From a virus, in the UHGV virus genome UHGV-0279745: a DNA stretch of 64,000 nucleotides. One strand, given 5' to 3'. Positions 17,359-27,875 of this stretch are shown piece after piece; the stretch's first letter is position 1, and every line of letters starts with the position of its first letter. The position numbers and the translations under genes are program-made. The notes below the pieces were generated by a model. It ran no database searches and was not told the origin of the DNA. It saw only the letters and a list, made by a program, of their open reading frames with translations.

Positions 17359-18732
17359 TTACTCCTCGTCTAACTCGGTGTACCATTTCGCTTTCCGAGA
17401 CAGGATACGATATTCTACGTTGTCGTATTCAAACACCCAGAAGTAGTTATCAGGGTCAGCCTCATCGACCAGTTTTACAACATCTAAGCTGGTTTGATAC
17501 GGGTGGTATTCTTCCGCAGCAATAAGTGCCTGGAAGAATAACGCCAACCATTCGGTCGTTGTTTTCGACATACGCGCAATATCAGGGTTAGTCGTCGCAA
17601 TTAACGCATAATCCGGGATAGTTTCGTGTAAGGTCGCTTTCCGTGTATCGTTTTCCGGTCCACTGATTACAACACAGTTTAATGATTTATAAACTGTTGG
17701 TAAGTCAGTTACGTCTGTTGTAGGTTTACTGATCGTTTTAGTATTTCTTTCTGCTACCGTCTGGTCTGCCCATTCTCCAAACCGACTGATAGCTTTGACC
17801 CAGAAATCATATGGAAGGATGGGGGAATAAAGCGCCGCCACATCTTCCTCATTGGGTATCCCACGAATTTTCCATCCAGGGACAATTGTAAATTTCGTGG
17901 TAGTGAAAATTTCGGGAAATACTTTTACCCCGATAGGGACAGTAAAGCTAGAATTAGCGAGAATATGTTCTCGCAACGCTTGCTTTATTTTCGTTGGGTT
18001 TTTTCCCGCACGTCCGTAGATAATAACCGACATTGGGACAACTAGGGTAGACTCGTAGTTTTCTTGATCGTGCCAAGTATAGTAGTTGGTTTGGATGGCG
18101 GTATAAGGAAACCCTGCCATTAACTCATTGATTTTCTTATGGTGTTCGGTAAGGTTAAACCCTTCCATCGCCTTTTCAACGACTGACTTGGTCGACAAAA
18201 ATGTGTCGATTGGTGAAATCGGCATCTGTACTTCGATTTCGAACCCTGTGTAATCTTGATCGAAGTCTTCATCCGAGAACCAAACAATGATCTGATTATC
18301 TACATCAGTGTCATCTTGTACTTGATCTGCCGTTACTTCATATTTCCAGCTCACCCAACGTGGGAACCAGTTACTGTTCGTCTGTATCATCGCACCAGAC
18401 TGAACACCAGAAATGGTTGATTGGAATTGGCCTAATAACAGGCGCTGGAATTCGAGTTCGTCATTTCTCAGATTCCCCAAGATGGCTTGCTGGTAAATCC
18501 ATTGAGAAACGGTTAGAATATGATCAGAAAATTCGGCTGGTACAACAACCGTCTGTTTTTCTCGTTTAGACGTAAAAGTCACCAATTGAACTTGCAAATT
18601 GGTTTTAGTAAACGTCTGTTTACTCTTCGCGTACGAGAGTGTCAAATCCGACAGCTCGCCCACCGGAGCGGTGACGCCGTCCTGATTGTCAAACAGTGCC
18701 GGTATCTGAATAAAACCTTGTAAGTCTAACAT
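17359..18732 (-). CDS. hypothetical protein (possible virion protein)
   Basis: ORF track; 457 aa. Confidence 0.6.
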   Translation of the reverse strand: MLDLQGFIQIPALFDNQDGVTAPVGELSDLTLSYAKSKQTFTKTNLQVQLVTFTSKREKQTVVVPAEFSDHILTVSQWIYQQAILGNLRNDELEFQRLLLGQFQSTISGVQSGAMIQTNSNWFPRWVSWKYEVTADQVQDDTDVDNQIIVWFSDEDFDQDYTGFEIEVQMPISPIDTFLSTKSVVEKAMEGFNLTEHHKKINELMAGFPYTAIQTNYYTWHDQENYESTLVVPMSVIIYGRAGKNPTKIKQALREHILANSSFTVPIGVKVFPEIFTTTKFTIVPGWKIRGIPNEEDVAALYSPILPYDFWVKAISRFGEWADQTVAERNTKTISKPTTDVTDLPTVYKSLNCVVISGPENDTRKATLHETIPDYALIATTNPDIARMSKTTTEWLALFFQALIAAEEYHPYQTSLDVVKLVDEADPDNYFWVFEYDNVEYRILSRKAKWYTELDEE

Positions 18733-18757
18733 AATTAAAAATACTCCGAGGTGAGCA

Positions 18758-19261
18758 ATGGGTTCATTTTTTAAAGTGCTTCCGTTCTTCCTTCAGATGT
18801 TAATGGAAGCATTTAAACCAGGAGAAGGAGAAAACGTATCAAGAGCAAGCAAGATAATGACTTTAATCATCACGATCTTGTTGTCGTATTCTGGCTTCGT
18901 CTCCTACGCCTATGTACAACAGTTTCACGCGCTCGTTGCAGTGCAGTCTCATGACACTTATATGTCGCAGTCTTACCAAGAGATGAAACAAGATCGAGAT
19001 AAACTAAAAGAAGATAATGGGAAGTTATACGACAGGCTCTTCGTTTGCCTCGGCCAGAAACCGCCATATGAAAGCACGTTTAATTCATCGAAAGCGAGCG
19101 GTACGGCGAAGGATCTGTCTTCGACAAAACCAGAAACTCCTGTTAATCCAGCTTCAACACCAGAACAACGTAAAGAGGCTTCGGCGAGACCTGTTGGCAA
19201 TTTAAATGCGAACAGTTTTCGACAGGAGATCATAAAGACGCTAACGTCTTCTAAGGAGTGA
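18758..19261 (+). CDS. membrane-anchored hypothetical protein
   Basis: ORF track; RBS GAGGTGA; N-terminal hydrophobic segments. Confidence 0.55.
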   Translation: MGSFFKVLPFFLQMLMEAFKPGEGENVSRASKIMTLIITILLSYSGFVSYAYVQQFHALVAVQSHDTYMSQSYQEMKQDRDKLKEDNGKLYDRLFVCLGQKPPYESTFNSSKASGTAKDLSSTKPETPVNPASTPEQRKEASARPVGNLNANSFRQEIIKTLTSSKE

Positions 19262-19264
19262 TTG

Positions 19265-19720
19265 ATGAAAATGCTGTTATTCATCATGATGGTGTTCGTG
19301 GGGTTGGTGAGTAATAGCTACGGCGACGAAGTTAAACGTCCAGCTTATAGGCCACTGGAACTTCCTCCTACACCACCAATAATGGTGAATTGGAAAATTG
19401 ACAATAATGCAATGCGTGAGTATGTTGCGGATGTCAACACCTATGCTTACTACGTTTATGTCTACACCCGAAATTTAAACCAACAAGCCGTTAAACGTGG
19501 CTGGAGCCCACCAATGCTGGCTCCACTTTGTGAGCGTTATGAGTTACCGAAGTTACATGTTGTACCTGAACGCTTATCTCTTGACGAAAGCTCTTTAACG
19601 CCCCAGGAGATTAGCCGTGACCTATCGCGTAAACTCAATAATTTGTTGTGGAATTACCGTTCCGACCGTCAGACACTACTCGATTCGTATAACCAATACT
19701 TGACATCGTGTTTGTACTGA
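19265..19720 (+). CDS. secreted hypothetical protein
   Basis: ATG 19265 with TAAGGAG RBS; N-terminal signal-like MKMLLFIMMVFVGLVSNSYG. Confidence 0.55.
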   Translation: MKMLLFIMMVFVGLVSNSYGDEVKRPAYRPLELPPTPPIMVNWKIDNNAMREYVADVNTYAYYVYVYTRNLNQQAVKRGWSPPMLAPLCERYELPKLHVVPERLSLDESSLTPQEISRDLSRKLNNLLWNYRSDRQTLLDSYNQYLTSCLY

Positions 19721-19722
19721 CA

Positions 19723-19768
19723 CCCCCTCCTGTACCCATTCGTGGTACAGGAGGGTCTTTCTTTTTAA
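19723..19768 (+). terminator. intrinsic terminator
   Basis: ccctcctgtacc/ggtacaggaggg 12-bp stem plus T-run. Confidence 0.65.
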
Positions 19769-19810
19769 CGTTTGCAACTATTTTAATGTAGACTAACAGG
19801 AGAATTCAAC

Positions 19811-20545
19811 ATGACCTACCCAAAAATTGTCACCCCGTACACACCGACGCTGGTTATTGGTGCTGATGCTGAAACCAAATCATTACGCCCCGATGCTTAT
19901 CTGTTAAGTGCGGGTTTAGTGGCTTTTGACGTCCCTACATTGAAAATGGTCGGTTCCTCATACATCAGGATCGATCCTAACGATCCTAAAGCAAAAGCCA
20001 TTTTCCACGAAGACCCACAAACCGTTGGTTGGTGGGAAGGTAAAGGCGAACCCGAATACGCACCGTCTCGTGAAGCCTATGCGGAAGCATGGGGTGGGAC
20101 GACAGCATTGCCAGACGCGCTCTGGGCGATGCAAAAATGGCTCGGGGAGATCACCGCAAAACACGAGTTTGTGATTACCATGCGTGGTCCTGACTTCGAT
20201 GCGCCGATTTTCATGAACGCATTCGCACAATGTGATATTCCGCCAGGGAAGTTCCGTAAATTCAGTGCACTGGATAGCGATCGTACCGCAGAACGTTTAG
20301 CCTTTGCATTTGGGTTCGAGCCTGACCTAACCGTAGAGCAAATTTACTGGACACGCGGTAAGCCCGCTTTTGAGCACCACGCTATGTGGGATGCGGCAAA
20401 AGAAGCCTACACCACGGCACGTATTTACCACCTCGCTTTGGTCACTCGCCAATACGGGTTTGAACGCGCCAAAGCCTGTCACGAAGAACTGAAAACGGGC
20501 GAGTATGTTGCGCCGCAGATTCGTGATCAATTAACCAGGGATTAA
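19811..20545 (+). CDS. DnaQ-like 3'-5' exonuclease (DEDDh)
   Basis: Exo I GADAET, Exo III HHAMWDA motifs; RBS caggagaa. Confidence 0.6.
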   Translation: MTYPKIVTPYTPTLVIGADAETKSLRPDAYLLSAGLVAFDVPTLKMVGSSYIRIDPNDPKAKAIFHEDPQTVGWWEGKGEPEYAPSREAYAEAWGGTTALPDALWAMQKWLGEITAKHEFVITMRGPDFDAPIFMNAFAQCDIPPGKFRKFSALDSDRTAERLAFAFGFEPDLTVEQIYWTRGKPAFEHHAMWDAAKEAYTTARIYHLALVTRQYGFERAKACHEELKTGEYVAPQIRDQLTRD

Positions 20546-20547
20546 GA

Positions 20548-22068
20548 ATGAAGAACGTTGATGTTGCAGTAATTTACACGGATGGTAGCCATTTGACCTC
20601 CCCGCTCGGTACAGGAGCGGGGATTCATGGATACTTATTTAATCGTGAAGCGATTGAGGATGGTCGGGTTTACCGTCATCCCTCTATTCCCGAGGGGATT
20701 ACGACGTCAGGATACCGCCAGATAAACAAGGATGAAAAACTTCCACCTTTACCAGAAACCGTGGAGTTTATTGACGGTGTTGTGCCTGTACCAAAAATGT
20801 CACACTCCGACGTTGCAGAACTCGTGGCTTTCCTGACCGTCTTCGAACACGCACCTTTCGTTGCCAAAAACTATGTTATCTATATCGATGCCTCTTACGT
20901 TGTCAACACGTATAACGATTGGATTGATGGTTGGGCTGCACGCGGTTGGCGTCGTGCAGACGGTACGCCTATTGCGAACTTGGAATTAATCCAACGGATG
21001 TGGGAGGTTAAACAGCGGTTAAAGAAAGAAGGGAAAGGTATTCGTGTCCTTAAAATTAAAGGGCACTCAGGACGCTATGGAAACGAGCGTGCCGACGAGT
21101 TAGCACGGAAAGGTTCAAGTATTTCGGCTCGAGGTGAGGGGTTAGACTATACACCGTATTGGTCAAAAGACGAGATGCCTGAGGAAGAACAGCAACCAGA
21201 AGTTGTTGGTGAAGGTGTCAATTTGTCTGCTTTTCCCGATATCTGTGTTACGAAGTTCTGTTACCCGATGGTGAACGAACCGCATCCCACTGTTACAGTT
21301 AACGGTAATAAACTTTATTACATGTTCGGTGGGAACCATGCAAAACAGAAGGACGATATCGTCTTCGTTGGTAAGTACATTCCAGATGCACAATTCTGCG
21401 TAATGTTTACCAAAGAACCATGGAACAACGTATACGAGTTGGTAAATACCCACTCTGCGAAAGCGTGGGAAGGGGTGCCCCGTTTACGTCAGTTTGATCC
21501 CATTGCCGTTGTTTTTAACTTATTCGTAAAACGTAAGAAGTTCGCAGAAGCCGCAGGTAACGGTATTCCTGTCGATCGGATGCATTTTAGCGAAGACAAA
21601 AACCTGTGGATGTTTGAAGATCTTTCGATTACACGAATTCTTCGTCCCGCGTTATTGTCTTATCGCTGCATTACGATTCGTGATGAGCTTGCAGGTTGGT
21701 TACGCGATGCCATGGAGGGGAAAAACTCAGTCGTAATGAACGACATTACTGACCTGCTTTACGATGAGAAAGGTAAGCCGAAGAAAGACTTTTATCGTAA
21801 CGTAGATAAAGGTTTTGACGTAACTATCCATATCCCTGGTAGTAAAAACAAGGTTAAAACCATCCTTACTCGAGGTATCGACATACCGACGCGTACGGAA
21901 ATCAACCGTATGAAAGAACCAGAAGGACGATTCTACGTGGCGGTACGGCGTCCAGAACGGCAGTATATCGAGTACGCGTTGGTTTATATTGGGGAAAAAT
22001 ATCATGGGTTGTGGTGTGGCTATTATTCAAACAAACGAATATTGACGGATAAGGAGCTTGAATGCTGA
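20548..22068 (+). CDS. RNase HI-domain protein with about 330-aa C-terminal extension
   Basis: N-terminal RNase H motifs YTDGS ... YIDASYV ... HSGRYGNERADELA; 506 aa total. Confidence 0.65.
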   Translation: MKNVDVAVIYTDGSHLTSPLGTGAGIHGYLFNREAIEDGRVYRHPSIPEGITTSGYRQINKDEKLPPLPETVEFIDGVVPVPKMSHSDVAELVAFLTVFEHAPFVAKNYVIYIDASYVVNTYNDWIDGWAARGWRRADGTPIANLELIQRMWEVKQRLKKEGKGIRVLKIKGHSGRYGNERADELARKGSSISARGEGLDYTPYWSKDEMPEEEQQPEVVGEGVNLSAFPDICVTKFCYPMVNEPHPTVTVNGNKLYYMFGGNHAKQKDDIVFVGKYIPDAQFCVMFTKEPWNNVYELVNTHSAKAWEGVPRLRQFDPIAVVFNLFVKRKKFAEAAGNGIPVDRMHFSEDKNLWMFEDLSITRILRPALLSYRCITIRDELAGWLRDAMEGKNSVVMNDITDLLYDEKGKPKKDFYRNVDKGFDVTIHIPGSKNKVKTILTRGIDIPTRTEINRMKEPEGRFYVAVRRPERQYIEYALVYIGEKYHGLWCGYYSNKRILTDKELEC

Positions 22069-22730
22069 TCGTTTATAGTGAGGTCTTGTCAAAAGCCCCC
22101 CGGTTTTTACAAACTCACTTTATGTATAACGCACGGCAGTATTGGGGCTTTAAAGCCCCTTACTCCGAAGATTGGGAAGTTGTGGAAAAGTTAGCATTTG
22201 TGTTTTCTCTTTCGTTGTTGTGGGAGATCATTGCACTATACAACGCGGGTTGTGATATCCCGGAGAACGGCTTTTTCCAACAACACCTATTCCAAAAATT
22301 CACAGCATCGGTAGAAAATCATGAAGTGCGCAAGGAGTGTATCGGCTACGCAGAGCATTCTGAAGAATTGAGAAAGATTTCCAAATTAGTTATCACGCGG
22401 ACATGGGCTGAATTCGAAACTTACCCCGAAAAAATAATTTGGTTTAATCGTGAACAGTTTATTAAAGAGGCAGTCAGTCAACATCCCGTTCGACTAATCG
22501 TGTTAAAGCCGTCAGATCTCGCCTTACGCCACATCTATTCGTCTCCAGAGGAAATCGTTTTTTCCTCTGGAACAACAGATTATGGTATTTTTAAACAAGG
22601 CGATTCTTGGATTCTTCCACACGATTTAGACGGGTATTTGCTCAGTAGCGATCAAATACATTCGGGTTATGACTCACAGGTGAAGGAGTTTACAGTCGAT
22701 CCTTTTTTCGCTAAAAATATTCTTAGATAG
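22062..22730 (+). CDS. hypothetical protein
   Basis: ORF track; start overlaps upstream stop (ATGCTGA). Confidence 0.55.
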   Translation: MLIVYSEVLSKAPRFLQTHFMYNARQYWGFKAPYSEDWEVVEKLAFVFSLSLLWEIIALYNAGCDIPENGFFQQHLFQKFTASVENHEVRKECIGYAEHSEELRKISKLVITRTWAEFETYPEKIIWFNREQFIKEAVSQHPVRLIVLKPSDLALRHIYSSPEEIVFSSGTTDYGIFKQGDSWILPHDLDGYLLSSDQIHSGYDSQVKEFTVDPFFAKNILR

Positions 22731-22745
22731 ATATTATCCAGGTGT
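22726..22745 (+). promoter_or_regulatory. candidate promoter-like element, variant class (agatagatattatccaggtg)
   Basis: AGATATTATC core upstream of the 22767 gene. Confidence 0.25.
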
Positions 22746-22766
22746 AACACCATTGGAGTTATTAAA

Positions 22767-23507
22767 ATGCTAAAAGTTTATGTCCCTCAATTACAACGTA
22801 TCAATCCCTCGTTGTTCGAGGGAATCTTTTATAAAATTTGGCCACAATACTTCAATGAACGTTTGAAAGACCCAAGGTGGTCGACCGTACAAGGAGAATT
22901 CTTTTATACCGCACAAACCGCCTGCACAGGTATTTTCACTCAGTTCATTGGAGAAATTATTAACGCCGTCAACACTAACCGAACTGTCGACCTACGTGAC
23001 GTTACAGTAGACCTCTCATCAATCTACGATAACTACGATTGTGATGATGCTGTGTTCGAACACTTTTCTGTTGAAGACGTTTGGGAAGCAGTGTACCAGT
23101 GGTTAGAGTATTACGTGAATTACCTACTCTCCCCAGAGATGTTAGAAACCTTCAACAAAGCACTCTTTCCTATTTATAACGACTTACTCAACGTTAAACA
23201 AACAAAGAACCTGGTTGGGTTCTGGTATTCGACCTACGACGCCGAATGTAAGTTGTGGGAAAAAGAAATGATTGCTTACGGGATAGAACGGGGAGACTAT
23301 GTTGAGATTCACTGTGGTTTCTGGCCATTCAGTCACTACGAGAACGCACGGCTTGGTATCTCACGATTGTGGTCGTTTTATCTCTGTGAAGCTACGGGCG
23401 TTATTTACCTTGAAGACAGCGGCGCACAAATCCCTAACGGTACTGTTGTAACATACTGCCAGATTCGTGAAGATCGGGGTCGGCCAATTTATCAGGAGTA
23501 CGTATAA
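22767..23507 (+). CDS. hypothetical protein
   Basis: ORF track; RBS cattggagttattaaaatg. Confidence 0.6.
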   Translation: MLKVYVPQLQRINPSLFEGIFYKIWPQYFNERLKDPRWSTVQGEFFYTAQTACTGIFTQFIGEIINAVNTNRTVDLRDVTVDLSSIYDNYDCDDAVFEHFSVEDVWEAVYQWLEYYVNYLLSPEMLETFNKALFPIYNDLLNVKQTKNLVGFWYSTYDAECKLWEKEMIAYGIERGDYVEIHCGFWPFSHYENARLGISRLWSFYLCEATGVIYLEDSGAQIPNGTVVTYCQIREDRGRPIYQEYV

Positions 23508-24049
23508 TGAAAATACTTATCGATTTCTCACTCAGCGAGTCACGGGGCAAATTAAACAAACTGTTAAGTGAGATGCGTAGCCGCGTTGCGTTTGAACTGC
23601 ACGACGCGATAGCAGTACATGAGAACAAGATTTCTGAAGAACACAGTGGGGTCGAAATTACTATCCTGGATTCAGAAGCGATGGTGAATAATCTCATTGA
23701 ACAGTTAGAGCGAAAAATCCATTCGGCCATGACATACCCACATCTAGTGCGGGTAACTGATCCCGATACGGATATTCACCTGATTCTTGAGAAAGCCTTT
23801 CTACATGCCGCGCATTACTTACAGAATAATGCTCCAGATACCCTCGATGAAGTGTATGTCGCCATATTGCAGCGACAATCTTCAACGACGGATATAATAG
23901 ACACAACGTGTTGGAGCGATATTCTTACCAACGAAACAATGTCCCGTATCCGGGATATTTTCCTTGAGACACTCGGGTTAGTTGAGAAAATCTGCCATGC
24001 TGAGCTCATCTACCTGTCATCAAAATACGGTCAACCTAAAGGAGTATAA
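23507..24049 (+). CDS. hypothetical protein
   Basis: ORF track; TAATG stop-start overlap. Confidence 0.6.
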   Translation: MKILIDFSLSESRGKLNKLLSEMRSRVAFELHDAIAVHENKISEEHSGVEITILDSEAMVNNLIEQLERKIHSAMTYPHLVRVTDPDTDIHLILEKAFLHAAHYLQNNAPDTLDEVYVAILQRQSSTTDIIDTTCWSDILTNETMSRIRDIFLETLGLVEKICHAELIYLSSKYGQPKGV

Positions 24050-24051
24050 TC

Positions 24052-24576
24052 GTGGATATTTTAATTCAGCTTCGCAAGAAAACAACCATTGCCACACCGA
24101 TAGCGCTAGAGGAGAAAATCTCTGGTGCGGTTGCACGCAAGCTCTGTGGTGCTCACGGCTTTAGCGACCATCAGGAGCGGGTCGTTACTGTCGCCACATT
24201 ACACAACTTACGACACACAGTACATTACTGTTTAGTTGACAACGTCACCATCACTCTTGATGATAACGTAAATGTCGACCAACTGCGGCGCGAAATTGTC
24301 CACAAGATCGAGGCTTACAATAGACGTTTCGAACGGGCATGTACGCGTTTAACTGATGACGAAGCACTACGAAAACGTTTGAAACTTGAAATTGAATATG
24401 CAGCGCAACGTTATGGGGTTGGCGGTACCGAACCGTGTCTGACCGAACAAGAAATCACGTTAGCAATCGAGGTTTATACCACTCTCTGCTGCGCCATCCT
24501 AAAAGAGACCAACCACGAAATTACAAAAGCGTTGTTAAACACCGCAGACAAAATCACCCCAATTTTAGGACAATAA
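24052..24576 (+). CDS. hypothetical protein
   Basis: ORF track; GTG start with cctaaaggagta RBS. Confidence 0.55.
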   Translation: MDILIQLRKKTTIATPIALEEKISGAVARKLCGAHGFSDHQERVVTVATLHNLRHTVHYCLVDNVTITLDDNVNVDQLRREIVHKIEAYNRRFERACTRLTDDEALRKRLKLEIEYAAQRYGVGGTEPCLTEQEITLAIEVYTTLCCAILKETNHEITKALLNTADKITPILGQ

Positions 24577-24577
24577 A

Positions 24578-25066
24578 ATGAACTTAAATCATAACTTCGA
24601 TATTCGTGACACCGATTTCGTACATGAATTTCTCAATAACGAAACGCGTGTACGAAAAGAAATTGAAGAAAAGTTGACTCCGTTGGTTGTAGACACTCCC
24701 TGGATGGCGGACTACGCCGCGTCCTACTTTTCTTCTCAGAGCTTATTTGGATACATATTTATCATACTTGACTTCTTCGATCCATCAAGCAAGCGCATAA
24801 CAGAAACATACGTTCGGCAACGCCTACGCCACGGTCGCAACGAGTTCTTAAAGAAAGTTTCTGATGCGTACCACATGGGTCGATTCCCTACTCCGCTAGT
24901 CCCTTATACAGAACCGGAATGGGATAAATTTTATACCCGGATTTGGGTTGAAGACTCTCTCTTGAACGAAATCGTAGAAATCATCAAGCGTAACGAAAAC
25001 CAACTTGCTCTGCAACTATGGGAGTGGCTAAAAGCTAATTATCCTGATTACGTCAAAATCGACTAA
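24578..25066 (+). CDS. hypothetical protein
   Basis: ORF track. Confidence 0.6.
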   Translation: MNLNHNFDIRDTDFVHEFLNNETRVRKEIEEKLTPLVVDTPWMADYAASYFSSQSLFGYIFIILDFFDPSSKRITETYVRQRLRHGRNEFLKKVSDAYHMGRFPTPLVPYTEPEWDKFYTRIWVEDSLLNEIVEIIKRNENQLALQLWEWLKANYPDYVKID

Positions 25067-25070
25067 TAGA

Positions 25071-25104
25071 CACCCTAGCTTCGGCTAGGGTTACTTTATT
25101 TTTA
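25071..25104 (+). terminator. intrinsic terminator
   Basis: ccctagc-ttcg-gctaggg plus T-run. Confidence 0.65.
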
Positions 25105-25125
25105 ACCATTTTAGGAGAATAAACC

Positions 25126-26052
25126 ATGTATTTGTACAAAAGTAAAAAAGTAAAAGGTATTAAAGACTGCCTTAGACAAATGGGGTCTCAGCATCTTGAA
25201 AATGTAATGGAAGAAAACCGAATAAAGGAAAATCCTGTCTCGAAATGGATAAAAAAGAATCGTAACCATTTAACCAATGCCTTTATACCTTACGACGCTG
25301 AGTTAGGTCTCAAAGATCCCCGTTCCCTTCACGCACAAACATTAGCAATTGGATGGCTATACGGTGGTGCTTCCTTAATATCCAACCAAGCACTTAGAGA
25401 ACTTGTTTTCGAGACTGAGATGCCCAGTAAATTCCCTGAAGAATGGTTGGACTTTATACCTACCTGGACTGTGGCAATCGACGTAGGTAAAGAGGATGAG
25501 ACTTTCTTTCTCGGCTATCGAAAAAACGGGAATAGAAGGTTTATCATAATTGCTACAAATACTGATTACGGGTTAACAGAAGGCGTTACCACAATTGCCA
25601 CTTGTTCGTTAGAGCTTCGTAGTGCAGGAAACGGGCTTGTGGAAATCGACTATGCCGACGGTGTGGAGAACGAACAAGAAAAGATGCTATGGTTATCTCT
25701 GGCCAAAGCCGCTACTTCGATGATATTTCTGTGCACGCTAATCCCGCCCAATTACAGGGAGTCTTTTAATGATATTAAGTTCAAGGAAATCAAAAAGAAC
25801 GGTAGTATTAGTTACGACGTTAAACCTCGTGAACGCGATGTTAAGATAGATATCACGCCAGGACAAGTGAATTATCTAAAAGGGTTTAACACTGACTTGA
25901 AAACCATGCAGGGTATCAAACATGCTAAGGCTGCCCACATCCGTCGCGCTCACTGGCGCAGATATTGGGTCGGCCCTAGAAATGGTGAAAGAAAAAGAAA
26001 ACTTTGTTGGATTCCACCTACATTTGTCCGTGGCTACGTACCCCACAATTAA
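25126..26052 (+). CDS. hypothetical protein, tandem paralog family B member 1
   Basis: ORF track; C-terminal AHIRRAHWRRYW..W.PP motif shared with next gene. Confidence 0.65.
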   Translation: MYLYKSKKVKGIKDCLRQMGSQHLENVMEENRIKENPVSKWIKKNRNHLTNAFIPYDAELGLKDPRSLHAQTLAIGWLYGGASLISNQALRELVFETEMPSKFPEEWLDFIPTWTVAIDVGKEDETFFLGYRKNGNRRFIIIATNTDYGLTEGVTTIATCSLELRSAGNGLVEIDYADGVENEQEKMLWLSLAKAATSMIFLCTLIPPNYRESFNDIKFKEIKKNGSISYDVKPRERDVKIDITPGQVNYLKGFNTDLKTMQGIKHAKAAHIRRAHWRRYWVGPRNGERKRKLCWIPPTFVRGYVPHN

Positions 26053-26076
26053 GCTAAAGTGTTTAGGAGTATTAAA

Positions 26077-26976
26077 ATGACAACGAATAATAGACTTTAC
26101 GGGAAAGCGCTAAGACGCATGAGCGAACAAATAGAAAAGGCACACCAAACAATTCACGGATTAGATCAGTGTCGTTTTATTCGGTTCATTAACGAGCATA
26201 AACGTCAAATACCCGTAACGTTTATACCAGTTAAAGATCCGACCTATCGTGAGTATGGCGTTACAGAACAGATTCCCAGACTGATTAAGCAGTCTCTGGG
26301 ACTAGGATGGCAATACGCTGCTGTTGAAATCATCTCGGATGAAGAACTGATGGCGCTCTTAGCAAAAACTGAGAGACTAAAAAATATCCCGTACTTCTGG
26401 ATAGAAACCATCCCTTCATTTACTTTCTCGGTTACTGTAAATCTCGACGAAAGTCCAATCACGTTATTTATCGGAAGACGTCTTTACGAAGGTGAAGAAG
26501 TTCTCTTTGTGATGTCATGCGAAGAACATGGCGAGTCGGTATACATGGAGTTTGAGATTTACACGATCGACAAAAGTAATGATGATTTCGTGGAGTTAAA
26601 GCCGCTCCTTACTTCGGTTAAGGAGAATCAACGACTACTCGACGCGGTCTACATCGGGCTATATCTTTCATCACGAATTAAGCGAACCGAACGTGAGAAG
26701 AAAGAATTTCGCGGAAGGTCCATTCGTTATGTTCCTGATACAGAAATTCGCCCACGTAGTGAAGCAGTCGTTTTAGATGTAAGTCCGGTACAATGGGAAG
26801 ATATAGAGCAGCAACGCAAGGAAGGACACGAGGTTTGTTTGGCGATTTATTGCGCCGCACATATCCGTCGTGCGCATTGGAAGCGTGTATGGTGTGGTAA
26901 AATGTCAGAAATGCGCTGGCGCGAATGGCGATGGATAGCGCCGAGTTACATTTCTGGATTTTATCGTGGGAAATAA
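26077..26976 (+). CDS. hypothetical protein, tandem paralog family B member 2
   Basis: ATG 26077 with gtttaggagtattaaa RBS; C-terminal AHIRRAHWKRVW motif. Confidence 0.65.
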   Translation: MTTNNRLYGKALRRMSEQIEKAHQTIHGLDQCRFIRFINEHKRQIPVTFIPVKDPTYREYGVTEQIPRLIKQSLGLGWQYAAVEIISDEELMALLAKTERLKNIPYFWIETIPSFTFSVTVNLDESPITLFIGRRLYEGEEVLFVMSCEEHGESVYMEFEIYTIDKSNDDFVELKPLLTSVKENQRLLDAVYIGLYLSSRIKRTEREKKEFRGRSIRYVPDTEIRPRSEAVVLDVSPVQWEDIEQQRKEGHEVCLAIYCAAHIRRAHWKRVWCGKMSEMRWREWRWIAPSYISGFYRGK

Positions 26977-26984
26977 ATAGTTTA

Positions 26985-27030
26985 CCCCTAGACCGTGTGG
27001 TCTAGGGGTAACTTTACTTTTTTATTTTTT
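26985..27030. terminator. bidirectional intrinsic terminator between convergent genes
   Basis: cccctagacc-gtgt-ggtctagggg with T-runs on both sides. Confidence 0.65.
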
Positions 27031-27777
27031 GTTTGCCTTAAGCGCTTTTAAGCGTTCGGCAGTAACGTTCAGGCATTCGATTAACTCGTTAACCTGTTTC
27101 ATGAACAGACCAAACAGCTCCACCCAATCGGATGCAAAATCTAACATCATCGTCAGTTCTTTTGCTACATTCGGATGAATGTTTTGTTCAGACAAGATTT
27201 CCGACGTAGTGCGAATGGACTCGATTGACTTGTCGATGTTCGTCCGTAAACGTTTCGTAATTTCAACGTTCAGGGCTTTAGCACGATTAAACGCAACGTC
27301 AATCTCAGACGCGCTGTGGTACGTCTTCTCAATTGGTCGCTGGTCAATAACGTTATTAGTGTACGATTTCGCTAATAAGTTAACCAGGTCTTTCGGGTTA
27401 ACATTACGTAACGGCAAATTAACGTTTTTGTAACGGAAACCAATCGGTAATGACAGTACCCCCACATCATGTGTAAGGGCCGAAAGTTGTTTATCGACCG
27501 GCAGCAGAATACCCGTATAGATGTTTTGTAGTGAACTCCATACGGATTCTAAGCGGTTCAAATGATCCATCACGTAGGTATTAAAACCAGGTGGGACGAT
27601 AACCAACATTCCCGCAAAGTGTAGGAATTTTTCTTGTTGCATCCACTTGGAAACGTCCGACATCTCGTCATAAGTGGTTAATGCAATCTCTTGTTGAGGG
27701 CCGCTAAACCCTTTCGGTAAGATTGCAGACGCTTTAGCGGCGAAGCTAGATAACGCTGCAAGTGGATTTACATTCAT
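27022..27777 (-). CDS. hypothetical protein
   Basis: ORF track; GAGGT RBS on minus strand. Confidence 0.6.
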   Translation of the reverse strand: MNVNPLAALSSFAAKASAILPKGFSGPQQEIALTTYDEMSDVSKWMQQEKFLHFAGMLVIVPPGFNTYVMDHLNRLESVWSSLQNIYTGILLPVDKQLSALTHDVGVLSLPIGFRYKNVNLPLRNVNPKDLVNLLAKSYTNNVIDQRPIEKTYHSASEIDVAFNRAKALNVEITKRLRTNIDKSIESIRTTSEILSEQNIHPNVAKELTMMLDFASDWVELFGLFMKQVNELIECLNVTAERLKALKANKK

Positions 27778-27875
27778 TCTAAAACCTCGGATTATAAGTC
27801 AGGGTTACATAGTAAAGTCTTTTTACAGTTCACCCAAACCTTATGACCGAGACTCTTCCATAAAGGTAAAGCTCG

